64,000 nucleotides of DNA from Candidatus Micrarchaeota archaeon. Its GTDB lineage: Archaea; Micrarchaeota; Micrarchaeia; Norongarragalinales; Norongarragalinaceae. The notes under the pieces are model-generated. The model had not been told where the DNA came from. It made no database searches and worked only from the letters and a program-made list of their open reading frames with translations. The position numbers and the translations under genes are program-made. Within the stretch, counting starts at the first letter, position 1, and each line of letters begins with the position of its first letter. This document shows positions 47,110 through 57,102 of this stretch, piece by piece. The stretch is taken from positions 1,428-65,427 of the forward strand of contig JACRGH010000044.1 in the NCBI GenBank assembly GCA_016212375.1, in the 5' to 3' direction.

Positions 47110-50100
47110 ATGCCGAATCCGGAAATCAAAGGCCTACTTTTCGTGCTGGTTTTGTCGCTTCTTTTGGGCACGTCCGTTTCGGCGGCGGTCACAAACGGGG
47201 ATGAATCAGCCCAACCCCGATACACGTCGATCAGCGCGTTGGACACGACGACGCTGTATAATATGAACAAGTTTCCAACACGGGTCGACACTGTCAAGGA
47301 CTGCTCGCAGAACGCGGACCCGGAAACGAAACTATACTGCGCATTAATCCAAGCGGCGCCATCCCTATTCCAATCCTCCGTATTGGAAATAAACTTGGTC
47401 GTCAATTACGGCCCTAAAAGCCTACAAAGCATTTCCAAAAGCCCGAAAACATTGCATCCGCAAAAAGACACCTCAACCGCGACGCAATACGCGTTTGACT
47501 CCAGCGGCGACGGATATAACGCCATCTTTTTGGACCAAGGTACGCTGTACGTGAACGTCGCGGATTTGAGCACCGATACCGCGACGGCCATCATCAAGCA
47601 CCTGTACGACGAGAGTTACGCATTCAAACTGAACGCGGAGTGCATCATCCGGACGTCCACCAATGCGAAAGCCTTGGCGTTCAAGAACTGCCAGGTACTG
47701 GACGCGGCCAAGACGCCATTGGATAAATTGGACGTCAAGAAAATCGAATGCACGAAGCCCGCCAAAACAGGCATCATCGCCATAACGCAACCAATCAACG
47801 GGCAATGTCCCGCGACGGTGCCAAACTCAGGACAAACCGCCGCGTTGCAACCGGCTGGAAAAGGCACGCTGGATTCGGACCAAACGCCAAATTCCAATCC
47901 AGGCGAATGCAATGCCGCCGATTTTGACCCACCTATTAATGACCCGAAACCGAGGGCAGATGATTCACATGGAAATTATTGGTTTGGAGACCCGTCGAAT
48001 AACCAAGCCGGACATCACGAAGGCGTGGACATTATAGGCGAAGTTGGAAAAACAAAAATAATGGCAATAGGGCCGGGAATAGTCGAAAAATACGAAACAA
48101 CATTTTGCGGAAACGCAGTACTGATCAAACACGATTGCACGATTAACGGAAAAGTATTCCGGACCAAATATTGCCATCTTGACAAAACAAGCAAAAAACC
48201 GGCCGTAGGTTCGCAAGTGACCAAAGGCCAAACCCTTGGCTTGGTTGGAAAAACCGGCAACGCAGCAAATTCGGACGTCCCACACCTCCACATCGAATAC
48301 AACGCAGGAGGCACATTTACTCTGGGACAACCATCAAAAGGCGGGGATTTCGACCCGGTGGCTAAAGGGTTTATGCCCGCAACATTCAATAAGCCGTCTT
48401 CGGGCACACGGGTCGCCTCGCCACAAGGCATAACATTACTTGATTTCGCCGGATCCGAACAACTTCCCACAATCCAAGAATATATCCAAAACACATTCCC
48501 AAATGCGGGCGAGTTCAAGGCAGGCTCTCGCCATAATCCGAAAAGCACTAACTTCAACCCGGATCCGTGTTTGGCGACTAACCCAGACGATGACGCCAAT
48601 GGATTTTTCGGATATCGCAATCGCGGGACGGCGGCAAAACCCAACCCAGGTTGTGTCCACGCCGGAATCGATATTCGGGGAATCAAAGCCGGGATCGGTG
48701 GAAAACCGGTCAAAGCCATGCTTTCTGGAAAAATCTCAATAGTAAAGCCTCAATACCAAATTCAAACAGACTGCGCCATCATCGTGGACTCCGGGGATTG
48801 GGTCGTTTCATACGGGCACGTCCAACTGGATGAATATTGTGACACGAAACGAATAGGGGAACAAATATCCGCAGGACAGGAAATAGCAAAAATAGCGACC
48901 CAATTGTCTCCAAGTAACGGCAATGAATTGGACATTAAAATGCTTTACAAAGGAAACGTCCCTGAATTGAAAGCATTGACTATCCAACAGTTGAAATCGA
49001 ACACCAACCCTCCATATTCCAAGTATTTCAAACGTTATCCTGAAACAAAGACAATTTTTGCTGCCAAAGACTTCACCTTCGACGTGCCCAACTACGATGA
49101 CTACTTTTTATGGGAAGCGTACAGCACTTCATTAAAAGTTAAAAGTGCCGTGACGCCTTCAACGCCTACGCCAAGCAAAGGGACCCAAAAACCAACTCCA
49201 CCCAATACTCAAACCCCGACAACTGCCACGAATACCGACACCCCCGTTACCGACACCCTGTCCCAATTATGCGTCTATTACTACATCGATTCCACCGACG
49301 GCGCCAAGGACAAATTCTTCGACGTGGGCTTTGCCGCGTACGCCGGGGAAGGCGGTGCGTGCATCGTGGGAAGGGCGGGGGCCCAAAAACCCGGGATTAC
49401 GTATCCATCCGGATATACGGCATACGTCAACACCGCCCAATTGCCCGAATCCGAGTCGTACGAAGGCTGTTACTTGGCGAAAATGCCGCTGAACAAGCAC
49501 GGAGCAGATTACCCGACCGGCGCGGTCGTCAAGTTGTTCTTGAGCAAAAGCGCGGACGTATTCAAGGAAACGGGGCCGGCCATGTTGGACAAAGGCATCG
49601 TCCGCACCGAGGCGTCAGCGATGAAAATCGGCAATCCGGTTTGTGGCGTGCAAAAAACCACCAAAGGACCGGTAGTGGATAATGGGGAAGCGGGGAAGAA
49701 GTTCTTGGAATATGCGATGGAATTGAAGGGAATTCCTTACGCCCTTTGTGATACATGCATCCCAGATGGAGTCGCTTGCGCCACCATACCAATGTATGCA
49801 TACACGAAAATGATTGCGGCAGGCTATACGCTTCCGCAAGAATTTTACAACCTAGCAAAAAAAGAAAAGGTCCCATTCAAAGGTAAGGAGGTAAAAAACC
49901 CTGCAAATGCAGGCGTTTGGATGGACATCATCAATATTCCGGATATGACTCAACTACCGAAAAAAATCCAACTACCGTCAAATGCATACCCCAAGTCATT
50001 GCATAATTCTGACACGTGGGGAGGCGCAGCGGAAATTTTGGGTTGGGAAGTGTCTAAACAAAACGCAAAACCAGGCGACTTGGTAGTTTTCAACCGTCCC

Positions 50101-51492
50101 ACGGGCCAATGTAGCGGAGAAACAACGGATGAACAGCCCTATGACGCACAAGGATGCTGGAAGCGGGAAAGCCACATCGAAATAGTTTATGCAAACGATG
50201 GGGGGAAAATTTCCACGTTCGGAAGCGGAAGCAGGCCAGGACAAGGCCCGCCTGCCCGAATTAAAACGGACCGATCTGACGGGTTCAAATATTTCCACAT
50301 CCCCTGGATCGCACCCGGCGGAATCCAAACCAAAGGCGGTAGCGGACAGGCTGTGGCAGGCGGTTGCACCGACGCGGGATTGGCGGCCAAACTGAAAGAA
50401 TACGAGCTAACAATCGAAACAAGCATAAACGGAAGGAGCACATTGAGGGACCTGTCGGATTGGAAGCCGAAAATCCAGACCTACTCCAAACGCCACTACG
50501 GGGAGGACACCGCGGATTTGACGCCCACCATCATCGTTGAACACTTTACGGTTTCATCTTCCTTTGCATGGAATCTCGTCACTGCGTCCAGTTTGGCGGG
50601 GGAAGCACCCGGCGAAGCCAGCCATTTCGAAGTCGACGGCAAAAACATTTACCAGATTCTTCCAATCAACGTGCGTTCACGGGGCACTTTTGGCGCCAAT
50701 CACAAGTCCGTCAACATTGAAATGGTGGCCAAGACGGCCGAAGACCTAGCGGCAAAAACGCAAACACTGGACACGGCTTCGAAATTGACCGCCGCATTGA
50801 TGGCCCAGTGCGCCATTCCACTTGAAAAAGTCTTCAGCCATGAATCGTTCAACGGCGGCAAAAAAACCAATTCCGAATACAAAGACAATACGGCCTCCGA
50901 TTACGGGAGCGAGACCCGCACCGACCCCGGGGATAACAACCTGAAGACCATGAAGGGTAAAATTAGCCAATTAGGGGCACTGACTCCGGTAGAAGGAAGA
51001 GGTGGAGCCGAAGGTGGAGGCGGAAGTGGGGGCGGAGCGGTCAGCGTAGATGTGAATCAAGTGAGGGTGTTCAACACCGCGGATTGCGTGTCCCAAGCCA
51101 AATCATGCGGAAGCACGGATTACGATTGCATGCTGAAAAAAGCCGCGGAACTGGCACATATCGATTCCAGAATCAACACAGCGGTTGCGATGACGGAAAG
51201 CGGAGGAAACACCCGCAACTACAAGCTTGATGCGCTATCAAGTGCAGGAGCACAGGGAATAATGCAATTGATGCCCGGAACCGCCTCCGGGCAAGGAGTG
51301 ACAAACAGACTTGACCCCTACCAGAACATTTGCGGCGGAACCCGATACATCGCATATCAGCTAAAGCGATACGGCTCAATCGAATGCGCGTTCGCGTCAT
51401 ACGATGCCGGCAGTGTCAGCAACAAAGACTCCAATTCATGCGCCAAAACCGCATACACCATCAAGACTATGAACAATATGAAAATGGCATAA
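47110..51492 (+). CDS. Giant secreted multi-domain peptidoglycan hydrolase (1460 aa). Domains in order: M23 peptidase, a second M23-like domain, a CHAP/NlpC-P60-like domain, an amidase_2 (PGRP)-like domain, and a lytic transglycosylase (SLT)
   Basis: Signal peptide; HHEGVDIIG...PHLHIEY (M23, ~nt 47990-48310); CVHAGIDIRG...YGHVQLD (~48640-48910); a Thr/Pro linker (~49150-49250); C...GDLVVFN...SHIEIVYANDGG (CHAP-like, ~49700-50230); IIVEHFTVSS...SHFEVDG...NIEMV (amidase_2-like, ~50470-50860); a Gly/Ser linker; AMTESGGN...GIMQLMPGTA...Y (SLT, ~51140-51400). Confidence 0.75.
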   Translation: MPNPEIKGLLFVLVLSLLLGTSVSAAVTNGDESAQPRYTSISALDTTTLYNMNKFPTRVDTVKDCSQNADPETKLYCALIQAAPSLFQSSVLEINLVVNYGPKSLQSISKSPKTLHPQKDTSTATQYAFDSSGDGYNAIFLDQGTLYVNVADLSTDTATAIIKHLYDESYAFKLNAECIIRTSTNAKALAFKNCQVLDAAKTPLDKLDVKKIECTKPAKTGIIAITQPINGQCPATVPNSGQTAALQPAGKGTLDSDQTPNSNPGECNAADFDPPINDPKPRADDSHGNYWFGDPSNNQAGHHEGVDIIGEVGKTKIMAIGPGIVEKYETTFCGNAVLIKHDCTINGKVFRTKYCHLDKTSKKPAVGSQVTKGQTLGLVGKTGNAANSDVPHLHIEYNAGGTFTLGQPSKGGDFDPVAKGFMPATFNKPSSGTRVASPQGITLLDFAGSEQLPTIQEYIQNTFPNAGEFKAGSRHNPKSTNFNPDPCLATNPDDDANGFFGYRNRGTAAKPNPGCVHAGIDIRGIKAGIGGKPVKAMLSGKISIVKPQYQIQTDCAIIVDSGDWVVSYGHVQLDEYCDTKRIGEQISAGQEIAKIATQLSPSNGNELDIKMLYKGNVPELKALTIQQLKSNTNPPYSKYFKRYPETKTIFAAKDFTFDVPNYDDYFLWEAYSTSLKVKSAVTPSTPTPSKGTQKPTPPNTQTPTTATNTDTPVTDTLSQLCVYYYIDSTDGAKDKFFDVGFAAYAGEGGACIVGRAGAQKPGITYPSGYTAYVNTAQLPESESYEGCYLAKMPLNKHGADYPTGAVVKLFLSKSADVFKETGPAMLDKGIVRTEASAMKIGNPVCGVQKTTKGPVVDNGEAGKKFLEYAMELKGIPYALCDTCIPDGVACATIPMYAYTKMIAAGYTLPQEFYNLAKKEKVPFKGKEVKNPANAGVWMDIINIPDMTQLPKKIQLPSNAYPKSLHNSDTWGGAAEILGWEVSKQNAKPGDLVVFNRPTGQCSGETTDEQPYDAQGCWKRESHIEIVYANDGGKISTFGSGSRPGQGPPARIKTDRSDGFKYFHIPWIAPGGIQTKGGSGQAVAGGCTDAGLAAKLKEYELTIETSINGRSTLRDLSDWKPKIQTYSKRHYGEDTADLTPTIIVEHFTVSSSFAWNLVTASSLAGEAPGEASHFEVDGKNIYQILPINVRSRGTFGANHKSVNIEMVAKTAEDLAAKTQTLDTASKLTAALMAQCAIPLEKVFSHESFNGGKKTNSEYKDNTASDYGSETRTDPGDNNLKTMKGKISQLGALTPVEGRGGAEGGGGSGGGAVSVDVNQVRVFNTADCVSQAKSCGSTDYDCMLKKAAELAHIDSRINTAVAMTESGGNTRNYKLDALSSAGAQGIMQLMPGTASGQGVTNRLDPYQNICGGTRYIAYQLKRYGSIECAFASYDAGSVSNKDSNSCAKTAYTIKTMNNMKMA

Positions 51493-51907
51493 CGTCAAGG
51501 TCAGTTCCAAGCTGCACCGTGCAATTCAAACCCCCGATTCATTTAAAAACTCCCCCATCCAACACAAAGAAGGAATTCATAAGCTCGTTTTGCCTTTGTT
51601 TAAAGGTTTAAATATCCGCGGACGCAAGAAGTTGTTTCTTCGCGCCGGGATGGCAGAACGGCAATGCGCAGACCTGGAAACCCGACATCCTACAAGGAAG
51701 GACCCATTGGGTCGTCATCGGGCCATTAAGTCTGTGGGCGAAAGCCCTTCTGAGTTCGAAATCAAAGCGGATTGATTTAATCCTGGATAAGGGTTTATTT
51801 CGCTTTACGGAAGTCTCAGTCCCGGCGTTTTATTTTCAAGACGCAGAAATTGAGCGAATAGTCAAACAAACGCGTTACGCGCGTGTATCAAAAAAGGTAT
51901 TACAACA

Positions 51908-52549
51908 ATGGAAAAGATCGACGATCAAAAATCCGAAAAGACCAAAGCCAAGTTCGGCCAGAACAAGAACGTGGGCGAAGCGCCGAAAGTCAACCCCAAT
52001 GCGCCGAAGTTGGTCGCGGCCAAGAAAACGGGCAAGGAAAAAGATAACTTCCGCGGCATCATCCGCATCGTGGGCAAGGATATGCCGGGCCAGACCACGG
52101 TCAAAAACGCATTGCGCAAAGTTCCAGGCATCGGTCACAATTTGTCCATGTCGCTCACCCGCATCGTACTTACGAAATCTGATTTCAAGGCCGATGAATT
52201 GGTCGGCAACCTCACGGACGAACAGCTCAGGACGTTCGAGGACATCATCAAGAACCCGGCCACACATGGCGTTCCCACCTTTTTGTTGAACCGCCCCATT
52301 GACCCCGAATCGGGAAAACCCATGCACCGGGTGATGGCGGACCTCAAATTTTCCGTTAAAAACGACATTGACAAGCAAGTCGACATCCATAGCTACCGCG
52401 GCTGGCGCCACCAAATGGGCCAGAAAGTCCGTGGGCAGCGCACGCGCTCGACGGGCCGCTCAGGCATGACGGTCGGCGTGATGAAGAAATCATTGGCTAA
52501 AGCTGCAGCCCCCGGACCGACTGGGGACAAGAAAGACGCTAAAAAGTGA
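51908..52549 (+). CDS. rps13: Ribosomal protein uS13 with a Lys-rich N-terminal extension
   Basis: Sequence and operon position (S13-S4-S11-RpoD). Confidence 0.85.
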   Translation: MEKIDDQKSEKTKAKFGQNKNVGEAPKVNPNAPKLVAAKKTGKEKDNFRGIIRIVGKDMPGQTTVKNALRKVPGIGHNLSMSLTRIVLTKSDFKADELVGNLTDEQLRTFEDIIKNPATHGVPTFLLNRPIDPESGKPMHRVMADLKFSVKNDIDKQVDIHSYRGWRHQMGQKVRGQRTRSTGRSGMTVGVMKKSLAKAAAPGPTGDKKDAKK

Positions 52550-52553
52550 TTGA

Positions 52554-53135
52554 ATGGGAGACCCTGGAAGATTGCGCAAACGCTTTGAAGGCCCCAAGCG
52601 ATTGTGGGACAAAAAGCGCATTGACGACGAAAAAGCCTTACGCACCGAGTTCGGATTGAAAAACGCCCGCGAATTGTGGCGCATGCAGACGATGTTGCGT
52701 CGCATCCGCCGTGAAGCGCGCCGGTTGTTGTCCAGCAAGGGCAAGGATTTGGACCGTCGGCAAGCCCAATTGTTGGATCGCATCAAGAAGTTCTTGATCC
52801 AGAACCCCGATGCCAAGGTGGACGATGTATTGCTGTTGACGACCAAGGACATCTTGGGCCGACGGCTACAAACCATCGTGACGCGCAAGCATTTGGCTAA
52901 AACCATGACGCAGGCGCGGCAGATGATTACGCACGGCCACATCGCAGTCAATGGAAACAAAGTATCGTCCCCGTCTTACTTGGTCAGCTTCTCCGAAGAG
53001 GACCACGTGTCATGGTACAAAAAACCCATCCAATCCACCGCGCCGGTTGAAAATGCCAAAGTCGAAGGCAAGCCGGTGGCAACGGATGCCAAAGTAGAAC
53101 CCTCAACCTCTGAAGTGGTTGCGCAAGCAGCTTGA
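52554..53135 (+). CDS. rps4: Ribosomal protein uS4
   Basis: S4 domain; operon position. Confidence 0.9.
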   Translation: MGDPGRLRKRFEGPKRLWDKKRIDDEKALRTEFGLKNARELWRMQTMLRRIRREARRLLSSKGKDLDRRQAQLLDRIKKFLIQNPDAKVDDVLLLTTKDILGRRLQTIVTRKHLAKTMTQARQMITHGHIAVNGNKVSSPSYLVSFSEEDHVSWYKKPIQSTAPVENAKVEGKPVATDAKVEPSTSEVVAQAA

Positions 53136-53617
53136 TGTTTATGGAAAACAACTCCCGTCCCGCAGGTCAAGGAAGCCAAGGAGGCCGCCCGCCGTTCCGC
53201 CGCGACGACCGTCCCACTAAAGTCACACCCAAGGAAGGCAAGTGGGGAGTGGCCCACATGTACTCATCCAAGAACGACACGATTATCACCATCACCGATT
53301 TGTCCGGCGCGGAGACCATTGCTGTGGCATCCGGCGGCATGATGGTCAAAAGCTCGCGCGAAGAAGGCTCGCCGTACGCCGCCATGCAGGCCGCGTTCAA
53401 AGCGGCGGAGACGGCCAAAGAGCGCGGTCTAATCGGCATTCACATCCGTGTGCGCGCACCGGGTGGACATGGTTCCAAGACGCCCGGTACGGGCGCGCAG
53501 GCGGCCATCCGTGCCTTGGCCCGCAGTGGCTTACGCATCGGACGCATCGAAGACGTCACGCCGATTCCAACCGACAGCACCAAACGCCCGGGTGGAAAGC
53601 GCGGACGCCGTGTCTAG
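53132..53617 (+). CDS. rps11: Ribosomal protein uS11
   Basis: Sequence and operon position. Confidence 0.9.
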   Translation: MMFMENNSRPAGQGSQGGRPPFRRDDRPTKVTPKEGKWGVAHMYSSKNDTIITITDLSGAETIAVASGGMMVKSSREEGSPYAAMQAAFKAAETAKERGLIGIHIRVRAPGGHGSKTPGTGAQAAIRALARSGLRIGRIEDVTPIPTDSTKRPGGKRGRRV

Positions 53618-53641
53618 ATTCAAACATCAAGGTTAACGCAT

Positions 53642-54376
53642 ATGGCTATGAAAGTGCAATTGCTTGCTGAAAACGGACAAAGCCGCGCCTGGTATCTGAT
53701 TAGCGGTGCTAGGTTGTCCTTTTTGAACGCCTTGCGCCGCGCACTGATTGCGGATTTGCCGGCGTTTGCCATGGACGAAATCAGTTTTTACGAAAACACG
53801 TCCGCCATGTTCAACGAGTACATGGCCAACCGGTTGGGCTTGGTTCCGTTGAAATATGAGGAAACCTCGGCCAACTCAACGGTATCATTTTCATTGGACG
53901 CGGAAGCGCTTGATGAGGAAAAAACCGTGTACAGCGGGGATTTGGTATCCCAGGACGAGGTCATCGTGCCGGCATTCATGCATATTCCCTTGATGAAATT
54001 AGGTAAAGGCCAGCGCTTGCGTTTGGAAGCGACGGCCACGGTTGGAACGGCTAAAACGCATGCCAAATTCCAAAGTGCCATTGGGAGCTTCGGAAAAGTG
54101 GCGGAATTCAAACTCACGGACAAATGCAAAAAGTGCGCACGCGCCATGAAACCGGCGGAGCCTGAATTGATGGGCAAGATTCCGAACGCATCATTGCCGG
54201 AGCACTCGGTATTGTGCGAAGCGTGCGAGACAAAAGTTTCGCCGCCCGAAAAGGACGACGTATTATTTTTGGTCGAATCATACAACAACATCCCCGCGCG
54301 CCAGCAATTCTCCCGGGCCATTAAAATCCTGGAAGAGCGCTACAAGACGCTTGGGGAATTCGTGAAAACGGCATAA
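53642..54376 (+). CDS. rpoD: DNA-directed RNA polymerase subunit D (Rpo3)
   Basis: Dimerisation domain plus a Cys-rich insert (CKKCARA...CEACE). Confidence 0.85.
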   Translation: MAMKVQLLAENGQSRAWYLISGARLSFLNALRRALIADLPAFAMDEISFYENTSAMFNEYMANRLGLVPLKYEETSANSTVSFSLDAEALDEEKTVYSGDLVSQDEVIVPAFMHIPLMKLGKGQRLRLEATATVGTAKTHAKFQSAIGSFGKVAEFKLTDKCKKCARAMKPAEPELMGKIPNASLPEHSVLCEACETKVSPPEKDDVLFLVESYNNIPARQQFSRAIKILEERYKTLGEFVKTA

Positions 54377-54397
54377 AGAGGAAATTGATTTTTGGAT

Positions 54398-54508
54398 GCA
54401 GGGGTGGCAGAGCTTGGTCAAATGCGCTAGCTTGAGGTGCTAGTCTCCTAGCGAGTGCCTGGGTTCAAAATCCCTCACAACATAGGGATGAAAGTCCCAG
54501 CCCCTGCA
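54398..54508 (+). tRNA. tRNA-Leu (anticodon GAG) with a ~25-nt non-canonical intron inside the T-loop
   Basis: GCAGGGG-TG-GCA-GAGCTTGGTCAAA-TGC-G-CTAGC-TTGAGGT-GCTAG-[variable arm TCTCCTAGCGAGTGC]-CTGGG-TTCAAA[ATCCCTCACAACATAGGGATGAAAG]T-CCCAG-CCCCTGC-A. The insert carries the inverted repeat TCCCT/AGGGA. Confidence 0.7.
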
Positions 54509-54530
54509 TATTTTTGGTGGAAAAAACAAC

Positions 54531-54881
54531 ATGGCAATAAGCGGACCCGAAAGCATCGTCAAACTTCGCCTGATCAACCAGCTGCGCAAAGCCAAACGCC
54601 CCGTCTGGGCCCGCGTGCGCGAAATCCTGCTGAAGTCCAAGCGTCGCGAAGCGCAGGTTAATTTGTACAGGTTGGACAAATTCACAAAAGCCAACGACAC
54701 CGTCGTAATCGCGGGCAAATTGCTGGCCGTCGGGAAATTGACGCACCCGCTGACCGTGGCATACGTCGACGCCTCCCAGTCGGCCTTGGAGGGCCTAAAG
54801 GAGAGCAAATCCAAATTCATGCCGTTGCAGGAATTCCTGGAAAAGCATGCAGACGCTAAAAATATCAAGATTGTGATATAG
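54531..54881 (+). CDS. rpl18e: Ribosomal protein eL18
   Basis: Sequence and operon position. Confidence 0.85.
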   Translation: MAISGPESIVKLRLINQLRKAKRPVWARVREILLKSKRREAQVNLYRLDKFTKANDTVVIAGKLLAVGKLTHPLTVAYVDASQSALEGLKESKSKFMPLQEFLEKHADAKNIKIVI

Positions 54882-54883
54882 AT

Positions 54884-55315
54884 ATGATTGTCATTGACGC
54901 CACAGATGCCATAATCGGCCGCCTTGGTACGTATGTTGCCAAAAAGGTCATTGAAAATGAGTCCGTCGTCATTGTCAACGCCGAAAAAGCCGTGTTCAGC
55001 GGAACGGCCGAATACGTGACCGGCATTTACTTCCGCCGCCGCCAGATGACGGATAAAGCCAATCCGGACCACGGCGCCAAATGGCCCCGCCGCCCCGACA
55101 TCCTCCTCAAGCGCATCATCCGAGGCATGTTGCCCAAACGCAACACCCGCATGAAAGCGGCATTGGGTAACTTGCGCATTTACATGGGTAAGCCGGTCGA
55201 CATCAAAGAGACGGCTGAGCCGTTCCGTGATTTGGGCAAGGACCGCGCCCGCACCTGCGTCTCATTGGAAGTCGTGTGCGAACGGCTTGGGTGGAAGGCG
55301 CCCAAAGCCGCATAA
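54884..55315 (+). CDS. rpl13: Ribosomal protein uL13
   Basis: Sequence and operon position. Confidence 0.9.
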   Translation: MIVIDATDAIIGRLGTYVAKKVIENESVVIVNAEKAVFSGTAEYVTGIYFRRRQMTDKANPDHGAKWPRRPDILLKRIIRGMLPKRNTRMKAALGNLRIYMGKPVDIKETAEPFRDLGKDRARTCVSLEVVCERLGWKAPKAA

Positions 55316-55368
55316 AGACAAAAACCATTAGATGATTCATCCAGATTGAATTTGAGGTAAAACCACAA

Positions 55369-55830
55369 ATGAGCACTCCAACTGCACCGACAACCACTCC
55401 CGCCGTACCCAAAGCCAAAAAGAGCGCCAGCCGCAAAAAGAAAGGCATCGGCGTGGTGCGTGGCAAGCGCAAGGAAGCCACGGCGCGCGCCCGCGTCCAA
55501 TTGGGCACCGGCCGCATCTACTACAATGGCCTTGCTCTGGATGCCGTGCCCTCTGCATACGTTCGCCAGATCATCACCGAGCCGCTCCGCATGACGGACG
55601 GCTCCAAATACGATGTCTTCGTGATTACGCACGGTGGCGGCACCATGGGCCAGGCCCAGGCCGCCCGCGTCGCCATTGCCAACTCATTGGTCGCCCACGA
55701 AGGTGACGAATTGAAGGCCAAGATGATGGAATCGGACCGCTCGCTCCTTGTCGAAGACAGCCGCCGGGTCGAGCCGAAGAAGTTCCGTGGCCCGGGTGCA
55801 CGCGCCCGCTTCACCAAGTCGTACCGTTAG
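55369..55830 (+). CDS. rps9: Ribosomal protein uS9
   Basis: C-terminal ...RFTKSYR. Confidence 0.9.
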   Translation: MSTPTAPTTTPAVPKAKKSASRKKKGIGVVRGKRKEATARARVQLGTGRIYYNGLALDAVPSAYVRQIITEPLRMTDGSKYDVFVITHGGGTMGQAQAARVAIANSLVAHEGDELKAKMMESDRSLLVEDSRRVEPKKFRGPGARARFTKSYR

Positions 55831-55899
55831 ATTTTTTATTTTCCAAACCCAAAAGAACATAATCAATTCCGCAGGATTCCAACTAAGGTGTTTTGAAAG

Positions 55900-56115
55900 A
55901 TGCTTATCCCCGTCCGCTGTTTCACGTGTGGCAAACCCGTCGCCGAGTGGTTCGACGAATTCAAGAAGCGCACGCGTAGCCATGAGGAAGGCGGACAAGC
56001 CGAAGACACCGCCGTCGTCTTGGACGAACTGGGATTCCAACGCTATTGCTGCCGCCGCATGATGTTGAGCCAAGTCGACCTGATTGACGAAATCATGCCG
56101 TACCGGCGGTTCTAA
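55900..56115 (+). CDS. rpoN: DNA-directed RNA polymerase subunit N (Rpo10)
   Basis: [13 protein letters not shown]...CCRRM zinc-binding motif. Confidence 0.85.
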   Translation: MLIPVRCFTCGKPVAEWFDEFKKRTRSHEEGGQAEDTAVVLDELGFQRYCCRRMMLSQVDLIDEIMPYRRF

Positions 56116-56227
56116 AACCGAATCCAAGCGAACTTTTTTTCATTTTATTTTGAAGGGCGAGCGTACGCTCTTGAAAAAAATGAACGCCACCGAAACGGCC
56201 GGCTATAGGGCACAAAAAGGAACCAAG

Positions 56228-56953
56228 TTAGCGTTTACTAATCTTACTTCCGCCCCTCAGAAACCCGCCTTTGGGCTTTTGCGCGCTCATCCACCGCAAC
56301 AAATGCCCCGACACCCAATACGGCTGCAAAACGCCCCGCAACACCAAATCGGTCATGACGTGTTGCAACTTCTCTTTTGGCACGGAAAAGCCGTGTTTGG
56401 ATTTGAGCTCTTCGGCGACCATGTCCAGCGATTTTTTGTCCTCGGATTTAGCGTCAAAAATGCCGGCCACGAGGTTGGATACGTCTTCAGCAAAGTTCCA
56501 CGGGAAGACCATCCATTTCCACGGCTTGCGGGAGACGAAGTAATCGGGCGTGAACTTACAATTTTCCAGCACGAAAAGGCTTGCAGTTTTGACGGATTTG
56601 GGCTTGTGCTTGCGGACTTCGCCAAGGGCCACGTCAAAACTTTGCCCGGTATCGCCGAGATCGTCCACGACCAGCACGTTTTTGCCCTTGAGGTCGGCGG
56701 AAAGGGCGTGCCACAATTTGGCCTTTGGCAAGCTCTTCTGACCCGTATTGCCCCAGTGGTGCACCTGGACCGAATACAACCGGTCAATCATCAGAAAGTC
56801 GCACAACGCGCGGGCCGGCACATAACCGCCGCGGGCAATGGCCACGACTGCGTCCGGCCTCCAGTGGTCCTCACGGATTTTCCCGCTTAAGATGCGGCCG
56901 TATTCGTACATGTCATCCCAGGAGACCAATTCGCAGGGAAATGAGGATTTAAG
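56228..56953 (-). CDS. Phosphoribosyltransferase (purine/hypoxanthine-type). The likely start is MLKSSFPCEL
   Basis: PRPP-binding motif VLVVDDLGDTGQS. Confidence 0.65.
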   Translation of the reverse strand, partial: LKSSFPCELVSWDDMYEYGRILSGKIREDHWRPDAVVAIARGGYVPARALCDFLMIDRLYSVQVHHWGNTGQKSLPKAKLWHALSADLKGKNVLVVDDLGDTGQSFDVALGEVRKHKPKSVKTASLFVLENCKFTPDYFVSRKPWKWMVFPWNFAEDVSNLVAGIFDAKSEDKKSLDMVAEELKSKHGFSVPKEKLQHVMTDLVLRGVLQPYWVSGHLLRWMSAQKPKGGFLRGGSKISKR

Positions 56954-57026
56954 CATAGGTATCAAGAAAAGCAAAGCAGCCCGACGATTTAAAGGAAGCG
57001 AAAACGCGAATTCCAGAAGAAAAAAA

Positions 57027-57057
57027 TCACTACCAAAAAGCACAAGGGAAAAAAAAG
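57027..57057 (+). repeat. Copy of the dispersed A-rich intergenic motif (TCACTACCAAAAAGCACAAGGGAAAAAAAAG)
   Basis: Sequence similarity. Confidence 0.5.
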
Positions 57058-57102
57058 AAAAGAAAACGCAGGCGGACAAAGGAAAAAAAACCGGTTCCAA
57101 AA

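Noticed and set aside
47110-51492. Whether the murein hydrolases mean the contig is bacterial or chimeric
   Set aside because: The flanking genes on both sides (cbf5, L14e, cmk upstream; S13, S4, S11, rpoD, L18e, rpoN downstream) are archaeal-specific and in archaeal order, and the spacer style is the same throughout. The hydrolase is therefore native to an archaeal chromosome.
51590-51790. SRP RNA or RNase P RNA
   Set aside because: I could not find the conserved GGAAAGUCCGGGCUCC (RNase P) or GNAR tetraloop/AGGYCCGGAAGGGAGCA (SRP domain IV) signatures. I left it as an unassigned structured region.
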